From Lentisphaeria bacterium (lineage in GTDB: Bacteria > Verrucomicrobiota > Lentisphaeria > JABSQK01 > JAWLHB01), in the NCBI GenBank assembly GCA_041690595.1, contig JAWLHB010000004.1, forward strand, positions 186,001 to 250,000: a stretch of DNA of 64,000 nucleotides. Reading direction: 5' to 3'. This document shows positions 47,843-58,468 of this stretch, in pieces. Position numbers and translations under genes: made by a program. A model generated the notes under the pieces. That model made no database searches and was not told where the DNA came from. It saw only the letters and a list, made by a program, of their open reading frames with translations. Within the stretch, counting starts at the first letter, position 1. Each line of letters opens with the position of its first letter.

Positions 47843-49005
47843 TCTGGCGACTTCTTCTCCTTGCTGCCCTTGTGGCTTTCCCGATTCAGGCCCAGTTCGA
47901 CGAAGAGCTGGACGAGTTTTCGCTGGAGGAACGCACCCCGCTCAGTGAAGAGGAGGCGCTCACGCAGCTGGCGGCTGCCTTCGGTACGGCCGAATCCGCG
48001 GCGCGGCAGGAGGCTCTGCTGGCTCTCTTCGATACGCTCCAGGTGAATCCGCGCGTCATCCTCCCGCCACGCGACTGGCTGAAGTTCCGTTCCGCGCTCG
48101 CCAACGAGGTCGCTCCAGAGGAGGTTCGAGCGCGCCTTCCCAAGCTGCTTGCCGGCGCTGCCGACGCGGAGGTGCATCCCGCCGCTACCATGCGTCTCAA
48201 TCTGGCGCTTCAGCTTGCCGCTGCCGTCGGCGGGGCGGAAACGGAGGAGCTTGTCGCGATTCTCCGCAAACGTCCCGATGCCGAGCTGCAGTGGCTCCTG
48301 CCCGCACTTGGCCGCGCCGGTGGGCCATCCGTCCTGCCGATCCTGCGCCGGCATCGTCGCGACGAGACGATCATGCCCGTCAACCACCCACCGAACATAC
48401 GCGCCGAAGCCTGCGCCGCCGTCCTTGGCTGCGCCTATGCCGGCGACCCGGAGGCCCACGCCCTCATCCTCGCCTGGTATGAAGAGGATTTCCTGGCCCG
48501 TCCGCGCCACGCCTTCAACGTGCAGTGGACCATCCAGGAGGGCATGGTTCCCGACTATCGCGTCCTCGACTATTGCGGTCAGCGCCTGAATCAGGCGGAG
48601 CGTTATCTCGACAGCCGACCCGGCGATCAGCTGTCGGCGCTCATTCGCCATGCCAACGATCAGGTCGCCATTGCCCTCACTGACTACCTCGTGCGGCGCC
48701 AGCAGCAGGCACCTGCCGAGGAGTCCGCCCTCTTCCTGCCCCTTCTCGCAAACCCGACTCTCACGGTCAAGCAGCCGGTCCTTCAGCTTTTCATGGAGCG
48801 GGGCGAGCCCGGGCTCCGGAAGCAGGCACTGGCCATGCTCGAAACGCAGCTCGAAAGCCCCTACGCCATCGAGCGCTTCGCCGCGGCCACCCTCCTGCTC
48901 CGGCATATCCCGGACTCCGTGGTCGAGCGTGTCCAACGGATCGCGGAGAACGATCCCAGCCCCGAGCTGCGCCTGCGCCTGCGCGAAACGCTACGGTCGC
49001 GATGA
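47839..49005 (+). CDS. Exported helical-repeat (HEAT-like) hypothetical protein
   Basis: ATGA overlap with upstream gene; signal peptide MIWRLLLLAALVAFPIQA; Leu/Ala-rich repeats (ALGRAGG...LPIL; ERFAAA..L; NDPSPELR). Confidence 0.6.
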   Translation: MIWRLLLLAALVAFPIQAQFDEELDEFSLEERTPLSEEEALTQLAAAFGTAESAARQEALLALFDTLQVNPRVILPPRDWLKFRSALANEVAPEEVRARLPKLLAGAADAEVHPAATMRLNLALQLAAAVGGAETEELVAILRKRPDAELQWLLPALGRAGGPSVLPILRRHRRDETIMPVNHPPNIRAEACAAVLGCAYAGDPEAHALILAWYEEDFLARPRHAFNVQWTIQEGMVPDYRVLDYCGQRLNQAERYLDSRPGDQLSALIRHANDQVAIALTDYLVRRQQQAPAEESALFLPLLANPTLTVKQPVLQLFMERGEPGLRKQALAMLETQLESPYAIERFAAATLLLRHIPDSVVERVQRIAENDPSPELRLRLRETLRSR

Positions 49006-49095
49006 GCGCGATGAGTCTTGCGGGTTTGCTCCGGGGGTGGAGCGTGCTATATTCCCCTTTTCCGCAGACTGGCAGCGAACTGATCAGGAGCAAGC

Positions 49096-50061
49096 ATGAG
49101 AGCATTGGTAACTGGAGGTGCCGGCTTCATCGGCAGCCATTTGTGCGAAGTGCTGCTGGCACGCGGCTGGCAGGTGCAGATACTCGACGATCTCTCCACC
49201 GGATCGCTCGACAATATCCAGCACCTCTTCGATAATGAGAACTTCTTCTACGCCATCGACAGCGTCTTCAACGAGATGGTCCTCGATCGCCTCACCAGCG
49301 AATGCGATGTCATCTTCCACCTTGCCGCTGCCGTCGGGGTCGAGCTGATCGTCAAGAGCCCCTTCCATACCATCCTCACCAATGTCGGTGGCACCGATAT
49401 GGTGCTCAAGGCCGCCAGGCGCTATCGCCGCCGTGTGCTCATTACCTCCACCAGCGAAGTCTACGGGAAGAGCACGAAGATCCCCTTCCGGGAAGAGGAC
49501 GACACCGTCAGCGGTCCCACGATCAAGCATCGCTGGGCCTATGCCTGCTCCAAGGCGATTGACGAGTTCGCCGCTTTCGCCGCCGCCAAGGAATCCGGCA
49601 TCCCCGTGCATGTCGCCCGTCTCTTCAACACTGTTGGTCCCCGCCAGACCGGCCGGTACGGCATGGTCATCCCCCGCTTCGTCGCCCAGGCGCTCAAGGG
49701 CGAACCCATCTCCGTCTACGGCTCCGGCGAGCAGACCCGTTGCTTCGCCAATGTGCGCGATGTGACCCAGGCCATCGCCAATCTCGTCCTCTGCACCGAA
49801 AGCGAAGGCGAAGTCGTTAACATCGGCAGCGCGGACGAGATCAGCATCAACGCCCTCGCGCTCAAGATGAAGAGCCTGCTCAAGAGCGACTCGGTTATTC
49901 AACACATTCCGTATGACGAGGCCTATGAAGCAGGCTTCGAGGACATGCTGCGGCGTGTTCCCTGCCTCGAAAAGGCCAAACGACTCATCGGTTACGAGCC
50001 GACCATCTCCCTCGACGAGACGATCCTGCAGGTCGCCGATCAGATCGCGACGCGACTATGA
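49096..50061 (+). CDS. NAD-dependent nucleotide-sugar epimerase/dehydratase (extended SDR)
   Basis: TGGAGFIGSHL, HLAAAVGV, TSTSEVYGK, YACSK, RLFNTVGPRQ. Confidence 0.92.
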   Translation: MRALVTGGAGFIGSHLCEVLLARGWQVQILDDLSTGSLDNIQHLFDNENFFYAIDSVFNEMVLDRLTSECDVIFHLAAAVGVELIVKSPFHTILTNVGGTDMVLKAARRYRRRVLITSTSEVYGKSTKIPFREEDDTVSGPTIKHRWAYACSKAIDEFAAFAAAKESGIPVHVARLFNTVGPRQTGRYGMVIPRFVAQALKGEPISVYGSGEQTRCFANVRDVTQAIANLVLCTESEGEVVNIGSADEISINALALKMKSLLKSDSVIQHIPYDEAYEAGFEDMLRRVPCLEKAKRLIGYEPTISLDETILQVADQIATRL

Positions 50062-50127
50062 CGCCGTAATCGTTCTTGCCCTCGTCGGACCCCTTCTTCT
50101 ACCACCGGAACGAACCGGAGTATCTTC

Positions 50128-52719
50128 ATGAGCGACTCTCCCGCTGTTTATGTCCCTGCCGAAATCGAGCCCAAGTGGCAGGCCTTCTGGCTTCAGAACG
50201 AGACCTTCAAGGCCGAGATGGACACTGCCCGTCCCAAGCTCTACGTCCTCGACATGTTCCCCTACCCCAGCGGTGCCGGACTCCATGTCGGCCACCCCGA
50301 AGGGTATACCGCCACGGATATCTACTGCCGCTACCAGCGCATGCGCGGACGCAATGTCCTGCATCCCATGGGCTGGGATGCCTTCGGCCTTCCCGCCGAA
50401 CAGCATGCCATCGAGACCGGCACCCATCCCCGCGATACCACCCGCCGCAACATCGACAACTTCCGCCGCCAGATCCAGTCCTTCGGCTTCTCCTACGACT
50501 GGAGCCGCGAAGTCGATACCACCGACCCCAAGTACTACCGGTGGACGCAGTGGATCTTCCTCCAGCTCTATCGCAAGGGACTCGCCTATGTTGACGAGAT
50601 TCCGGTCAACTGGTGTCCCGCCCTCGGCACGGTGCTCGCCAACGAAGAGGTGATCGACGGACGCAGCGAGCGCGGCAATCACCCCGTCGAGCGCCGCCCG
50701 ATGAAGCAGTGGATGCTCAGGATAACGGCCTATGCCGAGCGGCTCCTCGACGATCTCCAGGGGCTCGACTGGCCCGAAGGCATCAAGGAGATGCAGCGCA
50801 ACTGGATCGGCAAGTCCATTGGCGCCGATGTCGACTTTGCGATCGACGGCAGTGAGGAGCAGGTGCGCGTCTTCACCACGCGCCCCGATACCCTTTTCGG
50901 CGCCACCTACATGGTTCTCGCCCCGGAGCATCCGCTCGTCGGCAAACTCGTCACCGACGAGCACCGCGCCGCGGTTGCCGCCTATCAGCAGCAAGCGGCC
51001 AACAAGTCGGACATGGATCGCACTGAACTGAGCACGGAGAAGACGGGCGTCTTCATCGGCGCCTACGCCATCAACCCGGTCAACGGGGAGCGGATCCCCA
51101 TCTGGATCAGTGACTACGTACTCGTCAGCTACGGCCATGGCGCCATTATGGCGGTGCCGGCCCATGACGAGCGCGACTTCGCCTTCGCCTCGACCTTCGG
51201 TATCGAGATCCGCGCCATCCTCGAACCCTCGCACGATGCCGCCCGCGCCGTCGGCCTGGACAGTGGCGAACTCCTCAAGGGCAAGGCCTGCTGGACTGGC
51301 GACGGCCGCATGATCCGCTCCGCCAACAATCAGGGGCTCGACATCAACGGCATGCAGATGCCTGCCGCCAAGAAGGCCACCATCTCCTGGCTCGAGAAGA
51401 AGGGCATCGGCAAGGGAACCGTCAACTACAAGCTCCGCGATTGGCTCTTCAGCCGTCAGCGGTACTGGGGCGAGCCCTTCCCGGTGATTCATTGCCCCAC
51501 CTGCGGCCACGTCGGCCTTCCCGACGAGCAGCTGCCCGTGCGTCTCCCCGAGATGACCGACTTCAAACCTGCCGGCGATGCCAGACCGCCCTTGGCCAAG
51601 GCCGCCGAATGGCTCGCGGTCACCTGCCCGCAATGCGGGGCCGCCGCTCGGCGCGAAACCAATACGATGCCCCAGTGGGCCGGCTCCTGCTGGTACTTCC
51701 TCCGCTACATCGATCCCCACAACGACATCCGCGCCTGGGATCCGGAGAAGGAGAAGTACTGGATGCCCGTCGACCTCTATGTCGGCGGCGCCGAACATGC
51801 CGTCCTTCACCTCCTCTATGCCCGATTCTGGCACAAGGTTCTCTACGATCTCGGCTATGTGAGCACCGTCGAACCATTCCAGCGGCTGGTCAATCAGGGG
51901 ATGATTCTCGGCACCAGCTACAAGGATAGCCGTGGCGCTCTCGTCCCCAACGACAAGGTCATCGAACGCGGCGACACCTTCATCCACGCGGAAACCGGCG
52001 AGTCGCTCACCGTCTTCCCGGCCAAGATGTCCAAGTCCCTCAAGAATGTTGTCAGTCCCGACGAGGTGATTGCCGAATTCGGGGCCGACAGTTTTCGTCT
52101 CTACGAGATGTACATGGGCCCCCTCGAAGATACCAAACCCTGGAGTACCCAAGGGGTCAAGGGTGTCCATCGCTTCCTCTATCGGGCCTGGCGCATGATC
52201 CTCGGCGATGCCGAGCAACCGCCCCCGCGCATCACCGACGAGCCCCTCGACAAGAACAAGCTGCGCCTCCTGCATCAGACCATCCGTAAGGTGACCGAGG
52301 ACATCGAGTCCATCTCCAGCTTCAATACCGCCATCAGCCAGCTGATCGTCTTCGTCAACGAGTTCCTCAACGAGAAGCAGCAGAATCGGGAAGCCATGGA
52401 GAGCTTCGTCAAGCTCCTCTCCCCCTTCGCGCCACACATCGCCGAAGAACTCTGGCAGCGCCTTGGCCATATTGAAACGATTGCCTACGCCCCCTGGCCC
52501 ACCTGGGACGAAAGCGCCCTTCAGGTCGACGAGGTGGACGTCGTCGTTCAGGTGAACGGCAAGCTCCGGGCCCGCATCGCCATGGCGACCACGCTCACTG
52601 CCGATGAGATGCAGGCCGTGGCCATGGCCAACGAGCGGGTCCAGGAACTCACCACCGGCAAGGCCGTCGTCAAGGTGATCGCCGTTCCAGGCCGCCTCGT
52701 CAACATCGTCGTTCGCTGA
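50128..52719 (+). CDS. leuS: Leucine--tRNA ligase
   Basis: [50 protein letters not shown]. Confidence 0.98.
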   Translation: MSDSPAVYVPAEIEPKWQAFWLQNETFKAEMDTARPKLYVLDMFPYPSGAGLHVGHPEGYTATDIYCRYQRMRGRNVLHPMGWDAFGLPAEQHAIETGTHPRDTTRRNIDNFRRQIQSFGFSYDWSREVDTTDPKYYRWTQWIFLQLYRKGLAYVDEIPVNWCPALGTVLANEEVIDGRSERGNHPVERRPMKQWMLRITAYAERLLDDLQGLDWPEGIKEMQRNWIGKSIGADVDFAIDGSEEQVRVFTTRPDTLFGATYMVLAPEHPLVGKLVTDEHRAAVAAYQQQAANKSDMDRTELSTEKTGVFIGAYAINPVNGERIPIWISDYVLVSYGHGAIMAVPAHDERDFAFASTFGIEIRAILEPSHDAARAVGLDSGELLKGKACWTGDGRMIRSANNQGLDINGMQMPAAKKATISWLEKKGIGKGTVNYKLRDWLFSRQRYWGEPFPVIHCPTCGHVGLPDEQLPVRLPEMTDFKPAGDARPPLAKAAEWLAVTCPQCGAAARRETNTMPQWAGSCWYFLRYIDPHNDIRAWDPEKEKYWMPVDLYVGGAEHAVLHLLYARFWHKVLYDLGYVSTVEPFQRLVNQGMILGTSYKDSRGALVPNDKVIERGDTFIHAETGESLTVFPAKMSKSLKNVVSPDEVIAEFGADSFRLYEMYMGPLEDTKPWSTQGVKGVHRFLYRAWRMILGDAEQPPPRITDEPLDKNKLRLLHQTIRKVTEDIESISSFNTAISQLIVFVNEFLNEKQQNREAMESFVKLLSPFAPHIAEELWQRLGHIETIAYAPWPTWDESALQVDEVDVVVQVNGKLRARIAMATTLTADEMQAVAMANERVQELTTGKAVVKVIAVPGRLVNIVVR

Positions 52720-52729
52720 TTGCCGGGGT

Positions 52730-53935
52730 CTACAGGCCCAGGATGCGCTTCATCAGGCCGTCGCCCTCGAACATGCCGAGGGCGCCGGTCGGCGCAATCG
52801 TTTCGGAGTAAACCCGGCAGTGATCGACCGGAATGTGCCGTCCGCAAATCGCCACGGGCACCGGCGTACGCGTATGGATGCGCTGCTTGAGTGGCACCGG
52901 ATGATCGGGGAGAACCGCGTAGGTGATGTTCTGCCCCTCGAGCTGATCCATCACCCGCCCGATCAGCCGCCGATCGATGTCCTCGATCGCCTGCAGCTTC
53001 AGCTTCAGATCACCCATGTGCGAGCACTCGTCCGCGGCTTCTACGTGCAGATAGACGAAGTCGTGATCGTCGAGCGCCTTCACGCAGGCGTCCGCCTTCC
53101 CTTCGTAGTTGGTATCCACGAAGCCCGTCGCGCCGGGTACGCGGATGATATCCATCTCCGCGCAGACGCCGAGCCCAAAAACCACGTCCACCGCGCTGAT
53201 CACCGCGCCGCGCGCGCCGCCATACTTCCGGCTGAAGGGCTCCATGCGCGGCTTGCGCCCCGGACTCCACGGCCAGATCATGTTGGCGGGCGTTGCGCGT
53301 CCCTGGTTCAGCGGATGATTGGAGAGCAGCTCGATGCTGCGCACCGTCAGCTCATTGAGGAAATCGGCCGTGCGGCGTGCCGCGGCGCTGTCGTCCGCCG
53401 GCCGCAACAGGATCTCCCGCCAGGCCATGCCTTGCGATGCATCCGGCTTATCGTACACCACCCGATCGCTCCACTCCTCGCCGCTCAGCACGATCAGGTT
53501 GCGGTAGCTGACCCCGGGATAGAAGCAGATGGAATCGCTGTCGAAGCTCTCCTTGAGCGCTGCCACAAGCTGCACGGCGTCATCATGCTCGATGTGTCCG
53601 CCGGAGTAATCCACCAGCGTCTCGCCGTCGATCTGCACCAGATTGCAGCGAAAGGCGATGTCCCGCGGTCCAAGCTCGATGCCCTGACTCATGGCCTCCA
53701 GCGGGCCGCGACCGGTATAATTGGTCGCCAGATCATAGCCGAGCACCGACATGTTGGCGACGTCCGACGAGGTCGGAAAGCCCTCCGGCAAGGAGAGAAA
53801 GGTGCCGCAGGCCCCTTCGCGGGCGATGCGATCCATATTCGGCGTGTGAGCATGCTCGAGCGGCGTCCGGCCATCGAGTTCCGCCAGCGGTTCGTCGGCC
53901 ATCCCGTCGGTCAGGATGAGTACGGTCTTGGTCAT
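52730..53935 (-). CDS. apgM: Cofactor-independent phosphoglycerate mutase (ApgM type)
   Basis: Start MTKTVLILTDGMADEP; TPLE.A.TPNMD; SDVANMSVLGY; YLHVEAADECSH.G; PDHP.P...H. Confidence 0.88.
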   Translation of the reverse strand: MTKTVLILTDGMADEPLAELDGRTPLEHAHTPNMDRIAREGACGTFLSLPEGFPTSSDVANMSVLGYDLATNYTGRGPLEAMSQGIELGPRDIAFRCNLVQIDGETLVDYSGGHIEHDDAVQLVAALKESFDSDSICFYPGVSYRNLIVLSGEEWSDRVVYDKPDASQGMAWREILLRPADDSAAARRTADFLNELTVRSIELLSNHPLNQGRATPANMIWPWSPGRKPRMEPFSRKYGGARGAVISAVDVVFGLGVCAEMDIIRVPGATGFVDTNYEGKADACVKALDDHDFVYLHVEAADECSHMGDLKLKLQAIEDIDRRLIGRVMDQLEGQNITYAVLPDHPVPLKQRIHTRTPVPVAICGRHIPVDHCRVYSETIAPTGALGMFEGDGLMKRILGL

Positions 53936-54136
53936 GATGATTCCTGTGCATTGCGGGTAGGGCAGCGTAAACAGCCGGACACTATACATCCACTCCATTT
54001 CCCATGCCAACACCCACTTTCCCGGTATCTTCAGGTACCGGCGGACTCGTGTCCCGTGTCTCCGCATCCCCGCGCAGCCCTTGTCAGTCGCCCTCAGGCG
54101 TGCTCCCTTACCAGCCATGAACCCCGGAGGAATGCG

Positions 54137-55561
54137 ATGAACGTTCTGCTGATTACGTCCGAAGACAATGGCCCCCACTTCGGCTGCTACGGCGACACGA
54201 CCGTGCCGACCCCACATCTCGACCAGCTCGCCGCGGATGGGATCTGCTTCGACAACGCCTACGTCACCCAATCCGTCTGCAGCCCGTCGCGCGCCAGCAT
54301 CCTTACCGGCCTCTACCCCCACCAGAATGGCCAGATCGGTCTCGCGACGCACGCCTTTTCCATGTGGGACGAGAACATCCCCACGCTCCCCGCGATCCTC
54401 AACGACGCCGGCTACCGAACGGGCCGGATTGGCAAGCTGCACGTCAGTCCCGAAGCAGCCAGCCCCTTTCAATTCGTCTGGAATGATCCCGCCTTCATCA
54501 GCTTCAACCACCGCGATGTCCGCAAGACAGCCGAAGTCGCGGGCGATTTCTTTCGCGATGCCGGGAATCGTCCCTTCCTGCTCATGGTCAATTATGCCGA
54601 CGCGCACCTTCCCTGGCTGCGGCAGGATTGTGGCCTGCCCAAAGAACCGGCCTTGCCCGGTCAGGTCAAGACTCCACCCGCCGTCGGTCTCGACTCTGGA
54701 CGCCTCCGCCAGCACACCGCCGACTACTATTCCTGTCTCAGCCGCCTCGACACCGGCATCGGGCTGCTCCTCGACCAGCTCGCCGACACCGGCCATGCCG
54801 AGGATACGCTGGTCATCTATCTGGCTGATCACGGACCCCAATTCTCCCGCGGCAAGTGCGCCGTGTACGAACTTGCCCTCAAGGTCCCCTTCCTGATCCG
54901 CTGGCCCGGTGCCGGCGCCAACCGTCGCTCGGCCCAACTGGTCTCCGCCATCGACATTGTTCCCACCATACTCGACGCCCTCGGTCTCCCCTCCCGGCCG
55001 GAACTGCCGGGGCGTTCGCTACGTCCACTTGTCCACGGCCACTCTGTTCCGTGGCGCGAAAGCCTCTGCTGCGAATGGACGTCGAGTCACCCCTCCCCAG
55101 CGCCCTCCTTTCTCTATCCCCAGCGGACCATCCGCGATGCCCGCTACAAGCTCATCAAGACACTGGTTCCGGAAGAACCGAACCCTGTCGAAGAGTACTA
55201 CACAAAGCATGTCCTGATCGACACCGGCACCACCCAGTGGGAGATCGATCACGCCCCGCCCTCGGTGCAAAGCCTCTATCGACTCTGGCGCCAGCCGCCC
55301 CCCTGCGAACTCTACGACCTGCGGGAAGATCCCCACGAGTTCAACAACCTCGCCGATAGTGCCACCCACCGCCACATTCACGATCGGCTCCTCCAGCAGC
55401 TCGGGGATTGGCAGGAACAGACCGGCGACTCCCTTCGCCATCCCCACCTCCTGCGCCGACTTCTCGACGATGACCGTCGCGTCGCCCAATCGCCAGGCAT
55501 GCACCGCCAACCCGACTTCCGCTGGCCCTATCTCGACTACCTGCGGCCCCCGCGTGCCTGA
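54137..55561 (+). CDS. Sulfatase (formylglycine-dependent, N-sulfoglucosamine sulfohydrolase-like)
   Basis: GGAGG RBS; MNVLLITSED; TPHLD.LA; CSPSRASILTG (CxPxR); GY.TG.IGKLH; ADHG; ELYDL..DP.E..NLA. Confidence 0.93.
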   Translation: MNVLLITSEDNGPHFGCYGDTTVPTPHLDQLAADGICFDNAYVTQSVCSPSRASILTGLYPHQNGQIGLATHAFSMWDENIPTLPAILNDAGYRTGRIGKLHVSPEAASPFQFVWNDPAFISFNHRDVRKTAEVAGDFFRDAGNRPFLLMVNYADAHLPWLRQDCGLPKEPALPGQVKTPPAVGLDSGRLRQHTADYYSCLSRLDTGIGLLLDQLADTGHAEDTLVIYLADHGPQFSRGKCAVYELALKVPFLIRWPGAGANRRSAQLVSAIDIVPTILDALGLPSRPELPGRSLRPLVHGHSVPWRESLCCEWTSSHPSPAPSFLYPQRTIRDARYKLIKTLVPEEPNPVEEYYTKHVLIDTGTTQWEIDHAPPSVQSLYRLWRQPPPCELYDLREDPHEFNNLADSATHRHIHDRLLQQLGDWQEQTGDSLRHPHLLRRLLDDDRRVAQSPGMHRQPDFRWPYLDYLRPPRA

Positions 55562-55757
55562 CCACCTCTTCAGGTCAGTCGAAGTTGCCTCCGGGAGGAT
55601 GACTCCCGTCCGCCGACCGTCTCCTGGTACATCAACCAAAGCGCCAGATATAGAAATCTCTTGTACTTCACCGCCTCGGCGGCTATTCTCCGCACGTGCC
55701 ACCGGCTCGTTTCTCCCGGGCAACTGATTGGCAATCATTCGACGGAGGATCTGGACC

Positions 55758-56489
55758 ATGTTGAGGTCTCTTCTGCTGGGAATCGCCTTCTCTGGTTTCT
55801 GGTGCAGCGCCGCGGTTACCATTGTCGATGTTGCAGGCACGTCGCCAGCCGATCGCTGGATCGCCTGCGGGGAAATAAGGGAGCTGATCGTCATCAGTGA
55901 CGATGGCACAGTTCCCCAATCCGTGGTCTGGTCGACCACCAGTCAACGGCTGACCATTCTTCGCCAAAACGGAGCACACGTAACCGTTCAGTCCGGCAGC
56001 AACGTCTCGAAGGTGCCCGGCAGCGGTTTCTGGAGCAGGTTGCTCGGACAGGAGCCGGCCGAGTTCGAGGCGATCGGCGAGGAACTGCGAGTGAGCGTTG
56101 GCTCGGAGCAAGCGTCGACGTCTCTCCGCCTCATCGTCTACAAGCTTACCTTGACCCCAGACAGCGTCGGCGTGCCGACTGGCGAAGCGCGCAAGGAATT
56201 GGAGCCCATGTTTCGCTTTCTCAACAAGCCCCCAAATGGCGTGTATCTCGCTTTTTTACCCAAAGCCCTGTACGCCCATTTGACCTACGATGTAGCCGAT
56301 ACCACCGTCGCCACCGTCACCCCTGCGCAATTGGCAAGGAGCGCCCAATGGCTGCTCTTCGACAGCCCTCTTCAGGATGGCAAGAGCACCTTCCGCTGTT
56401 ATCTTGGCGGCCACATCCGGCTGGAGGTGCCCATCACAGTTCACAGCAGGCTCTGGGAACTGTCGTACTGGATCGTCGAGAAACCCTGA
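55758..56489 (+). CDS. Hypothetical exported beta-rich protein
   Basis: GGAGG RBS; signal-peptide-like MLRSLLLGIAFSGFWCSA; no recognised family. Confidence 0.5.
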   Translation: MLRSLLLGIAFSGFWCSAAVTIVDVAGTSPADRWIACGEIRELIVISDDGTVPQSVVWSTTSQRLTILRQNGAHVTVQSGSNVSKVPGSGFWSRLLGQEPAEFEAIGEELRVSVGSEQASTSLRLIVYKLTLTPDSVGVPTGEARKELEPMFRFLNKPPNGVYLAFLPKALYAHLTYDVADTTVATVTPAQLARSAQWLLFDSPLQDGKSTFRCYLGGHIRLEVPITVHSRLWELSYWIVEKP

Positions 56490-56636
56490 CTGCGCGCGAA
56501 GCGTTCTCCGACCGGAGGATCCGACCATCCGACATTCAGGAAAGCGCTCCGGCAATAGGGGCAGTGACTTGCTGGCTGATGTTGCGGGTTGCTGATCGTC
56601 AGGTTAGATTGTCAATATCATGGGAGAGTGGACACG

Positions 56637-57830
56637 ATGGCGAGTGTGATTGCAAAAGTACGACCGGAGTTGCTGGTCTGGGCGCGTGAGTCGATCGGGC
56701 TGGAGTTGGAGACGGCTGCGGACAAGATGAAGGTGCCAGAGACGCGGCTGGAGGCCTGGGAGTCGGGTGAGGAGTCGCCGACGATACCGCAGTTGCGGAA
56801 GCTGGGCGAGATCTACAAACGCCCTATCGCCATTTTCTTCTTGCCGGTGCCACCACTGGAGTTCGATGCGTTACGCGATTTTCGACGGGTCACGGATCGC
56901 GCAAAAGGCGACTTCTCTCCTGAACTTCGTTTCTGCATTCGGCAGGCACAGCAGCGCCGAATGGCCGCGTTGGAGTTGGCTGGCGAGTTGGGCGAGGACT
57001 TGCGGCGGCACAGGCCGACGCTGTCGCTACGATCCGGTATCGTGCAAGCCGCGGCGCAGGTCCGTGATTTATTGCGTGTCGAGCTGGATGAGCAAGTCGG
57101 CTGGCGCCATGAACGGGATGCGCTTGCGGCCTGGATTGAGGCCGCCGAGGCTGCGGATATCCTGGTTTTTCAAAGTAGTGGAGTAACGATCGCGGAGATG
57201 CGCGGCTTCGCGATCAGCGAAGAGCAGTTGCCGGTGATCATGTTGAATGGCAAGGATGCAGTACATGGGCGCATCTTCACGCTCTTTCACGAACTGGTGC
57301 ACCTGCTGCTGGGGGAGAGCGGCGTATCGGATCTGCAAGGGCGTAGCGATCACCATAGCCGAGATGATCGGATAGAGGTGTTCTGCAATGCTGTGGCGGC
57401 TGAGGCATTGGTGCCGGCGGCATCGCTGCTGGCATTGCCAATGGTCGCCCGCTATACCAATCCCGTCGAGTGGGAGGAGGCGTCGCTGGATGCGCTATCG
57501 CGTCGGTACCGGGTCAGCAGCGAGGTGATTCTGCGCCGCTTGCTGGCGGTGGGTAAGACCACGCCTGAGTATTATGATCAAATGCGGCATATCTGGCAGG
57601 CTCGGGCGCGACAGGCAAGCATCAGTACCTCGACGGGGGGACCGACATATCCCCTTGTCCCAGTGCGCAACATGGGGCACCTGTACATTAAACTTGGGCT
57701 GGAGGCTTACCATTCAGACATGATCACTGCACGCGACCTTTCAGCTTTTCTCAATATGAAGCTCAAGCATCTGCCCAGGGTGGAGGAAATGGTCCTGGGG
57801 GGGCTTGTCCGAGATGATATACTGCTTTGA
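56637..57830 (+). CDS. XRE HTH + ImmA/IrrE (COG2856) zinc metallopeptidase
   Basis: L.WARE..GL....A......WESG...PT..QL.KL (HTH); DFR; RIFTLFHELVHL (HExxH); EVFCNAVAAE.L.P; VS..V..RRL. Confidence 0.9.
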   Translation: MASVIAKVRPELLVWARESIGLELETAADKMKVPETRLEAWESGEESPTIPQLRKLGEIYKRPIAIFFLPVPPLEFDALRDFRRVTDRAKGDFSPELRFCIRQAQQRRMAALELAGELGEDLRRHRPTLSLRSGIVQAAAQVRDLLRVELDEQVGWRHERDALAAWIEAAEAADILVFQSSGVTIAEMRGFAISEEQLPVIMLNGKDAVHGRIFTLFHELVHLLLGESGVSDLQGRSDHHSRDDRIEVFCNAVAAEALVPAASLLALPMVARYTNPVEWEEASLDALSRRYRVSSEVILRRLLAVGKTTPEYYDQMRHIWQARARQASISTSTGGPTYPLVPVRNMGHLYIKLGLEAYHSDMITARDLSAFLNMKLKHLPRVEEMVLGGLVRDDILL

Positions 57831-58272
57831 TACCAGTGCTTTTCTGGATGGGTGGGTACGTTACTATCCATCATCGGTGTTTCCTTCGCTGTGGGAACGG
57901 ATCGATTTGTTGATCGACGAGGGTCGTCTGGTTTCATCAGAAGAAGTACTTCGCGAACTGGAACGACGGGATGATTCGCTTTACGAGTGGGGACGTGAAC
58001 GTTCGGATACTTTCTTGCCTCTTGTGGAGCAAGTGCAGGATGCTGCGATTGAAGTATTGGCTGAGTTCCCCCGCTTGGTTGATACGCGTACAGGACGGTC
58101 AGGTGCCGATCCCTTTATTATCGCCCAAGCAAGATTGTCGCGTGCCACGATGGTGACCGGTGAGCGTGGCGGCACCCGTGAGAAGCCCAAAATTCCCAGT
58201 GTTTGCCGTCATTATGGAGTGCCTGTGATGACTTTCACTCAAGTGATCCAGCAGGAGCGCTGGACGTTCTGA
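57814..58272 (+). CDS. PIN-like DUF4411 family protein
   Basis: MIYCFDTSA...YY....FP.LW; EV..EL; ADPF.IA.A; VT.E; KIP.VC; overlaps the ImmA stop. Confidence 0.85.
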   Translation: MIYCFDTSAFLDGWVRYYPSSVFPSLWERIDLLIDEGRLVSSEEVLRELERRDDSLYEWGRERSDTFLPLVEQVQDAAIEVLAEFPRLVDTRTGRSGADPFIIAQARLSRATMVTGERGGTREKPKIPSVCRHYGVPVMTFTQVIQQERWTF

Positions 58273-58468
58273 GAGGACCATGGCAACCTGACGCATGAGC
58301 CTTCGGCAAAGTGGGCTCGCATGGGCGAGTGGCATGGACGCTGAGGCCATGGCTCCCGGGTATTTCTTTGCCCCGGCTATTGGATTTCGGGGGGGCTGCT
58401 TGTACTGGGGGGAGATGCATTGTAATGTGCCGCGTTTTGTGAACAGGATGTCAAGGATTGGGGGAAGC

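Noticed and set aside
52730..55561. Apparent 913-aa sulfatase and 735-aa ApgM with long N-terminal extensions
   Set aside because: Each extension is the antisense of the other gene; real starts are 54137 (+) and 53935 (-), forming a divergent pair rather than fusions
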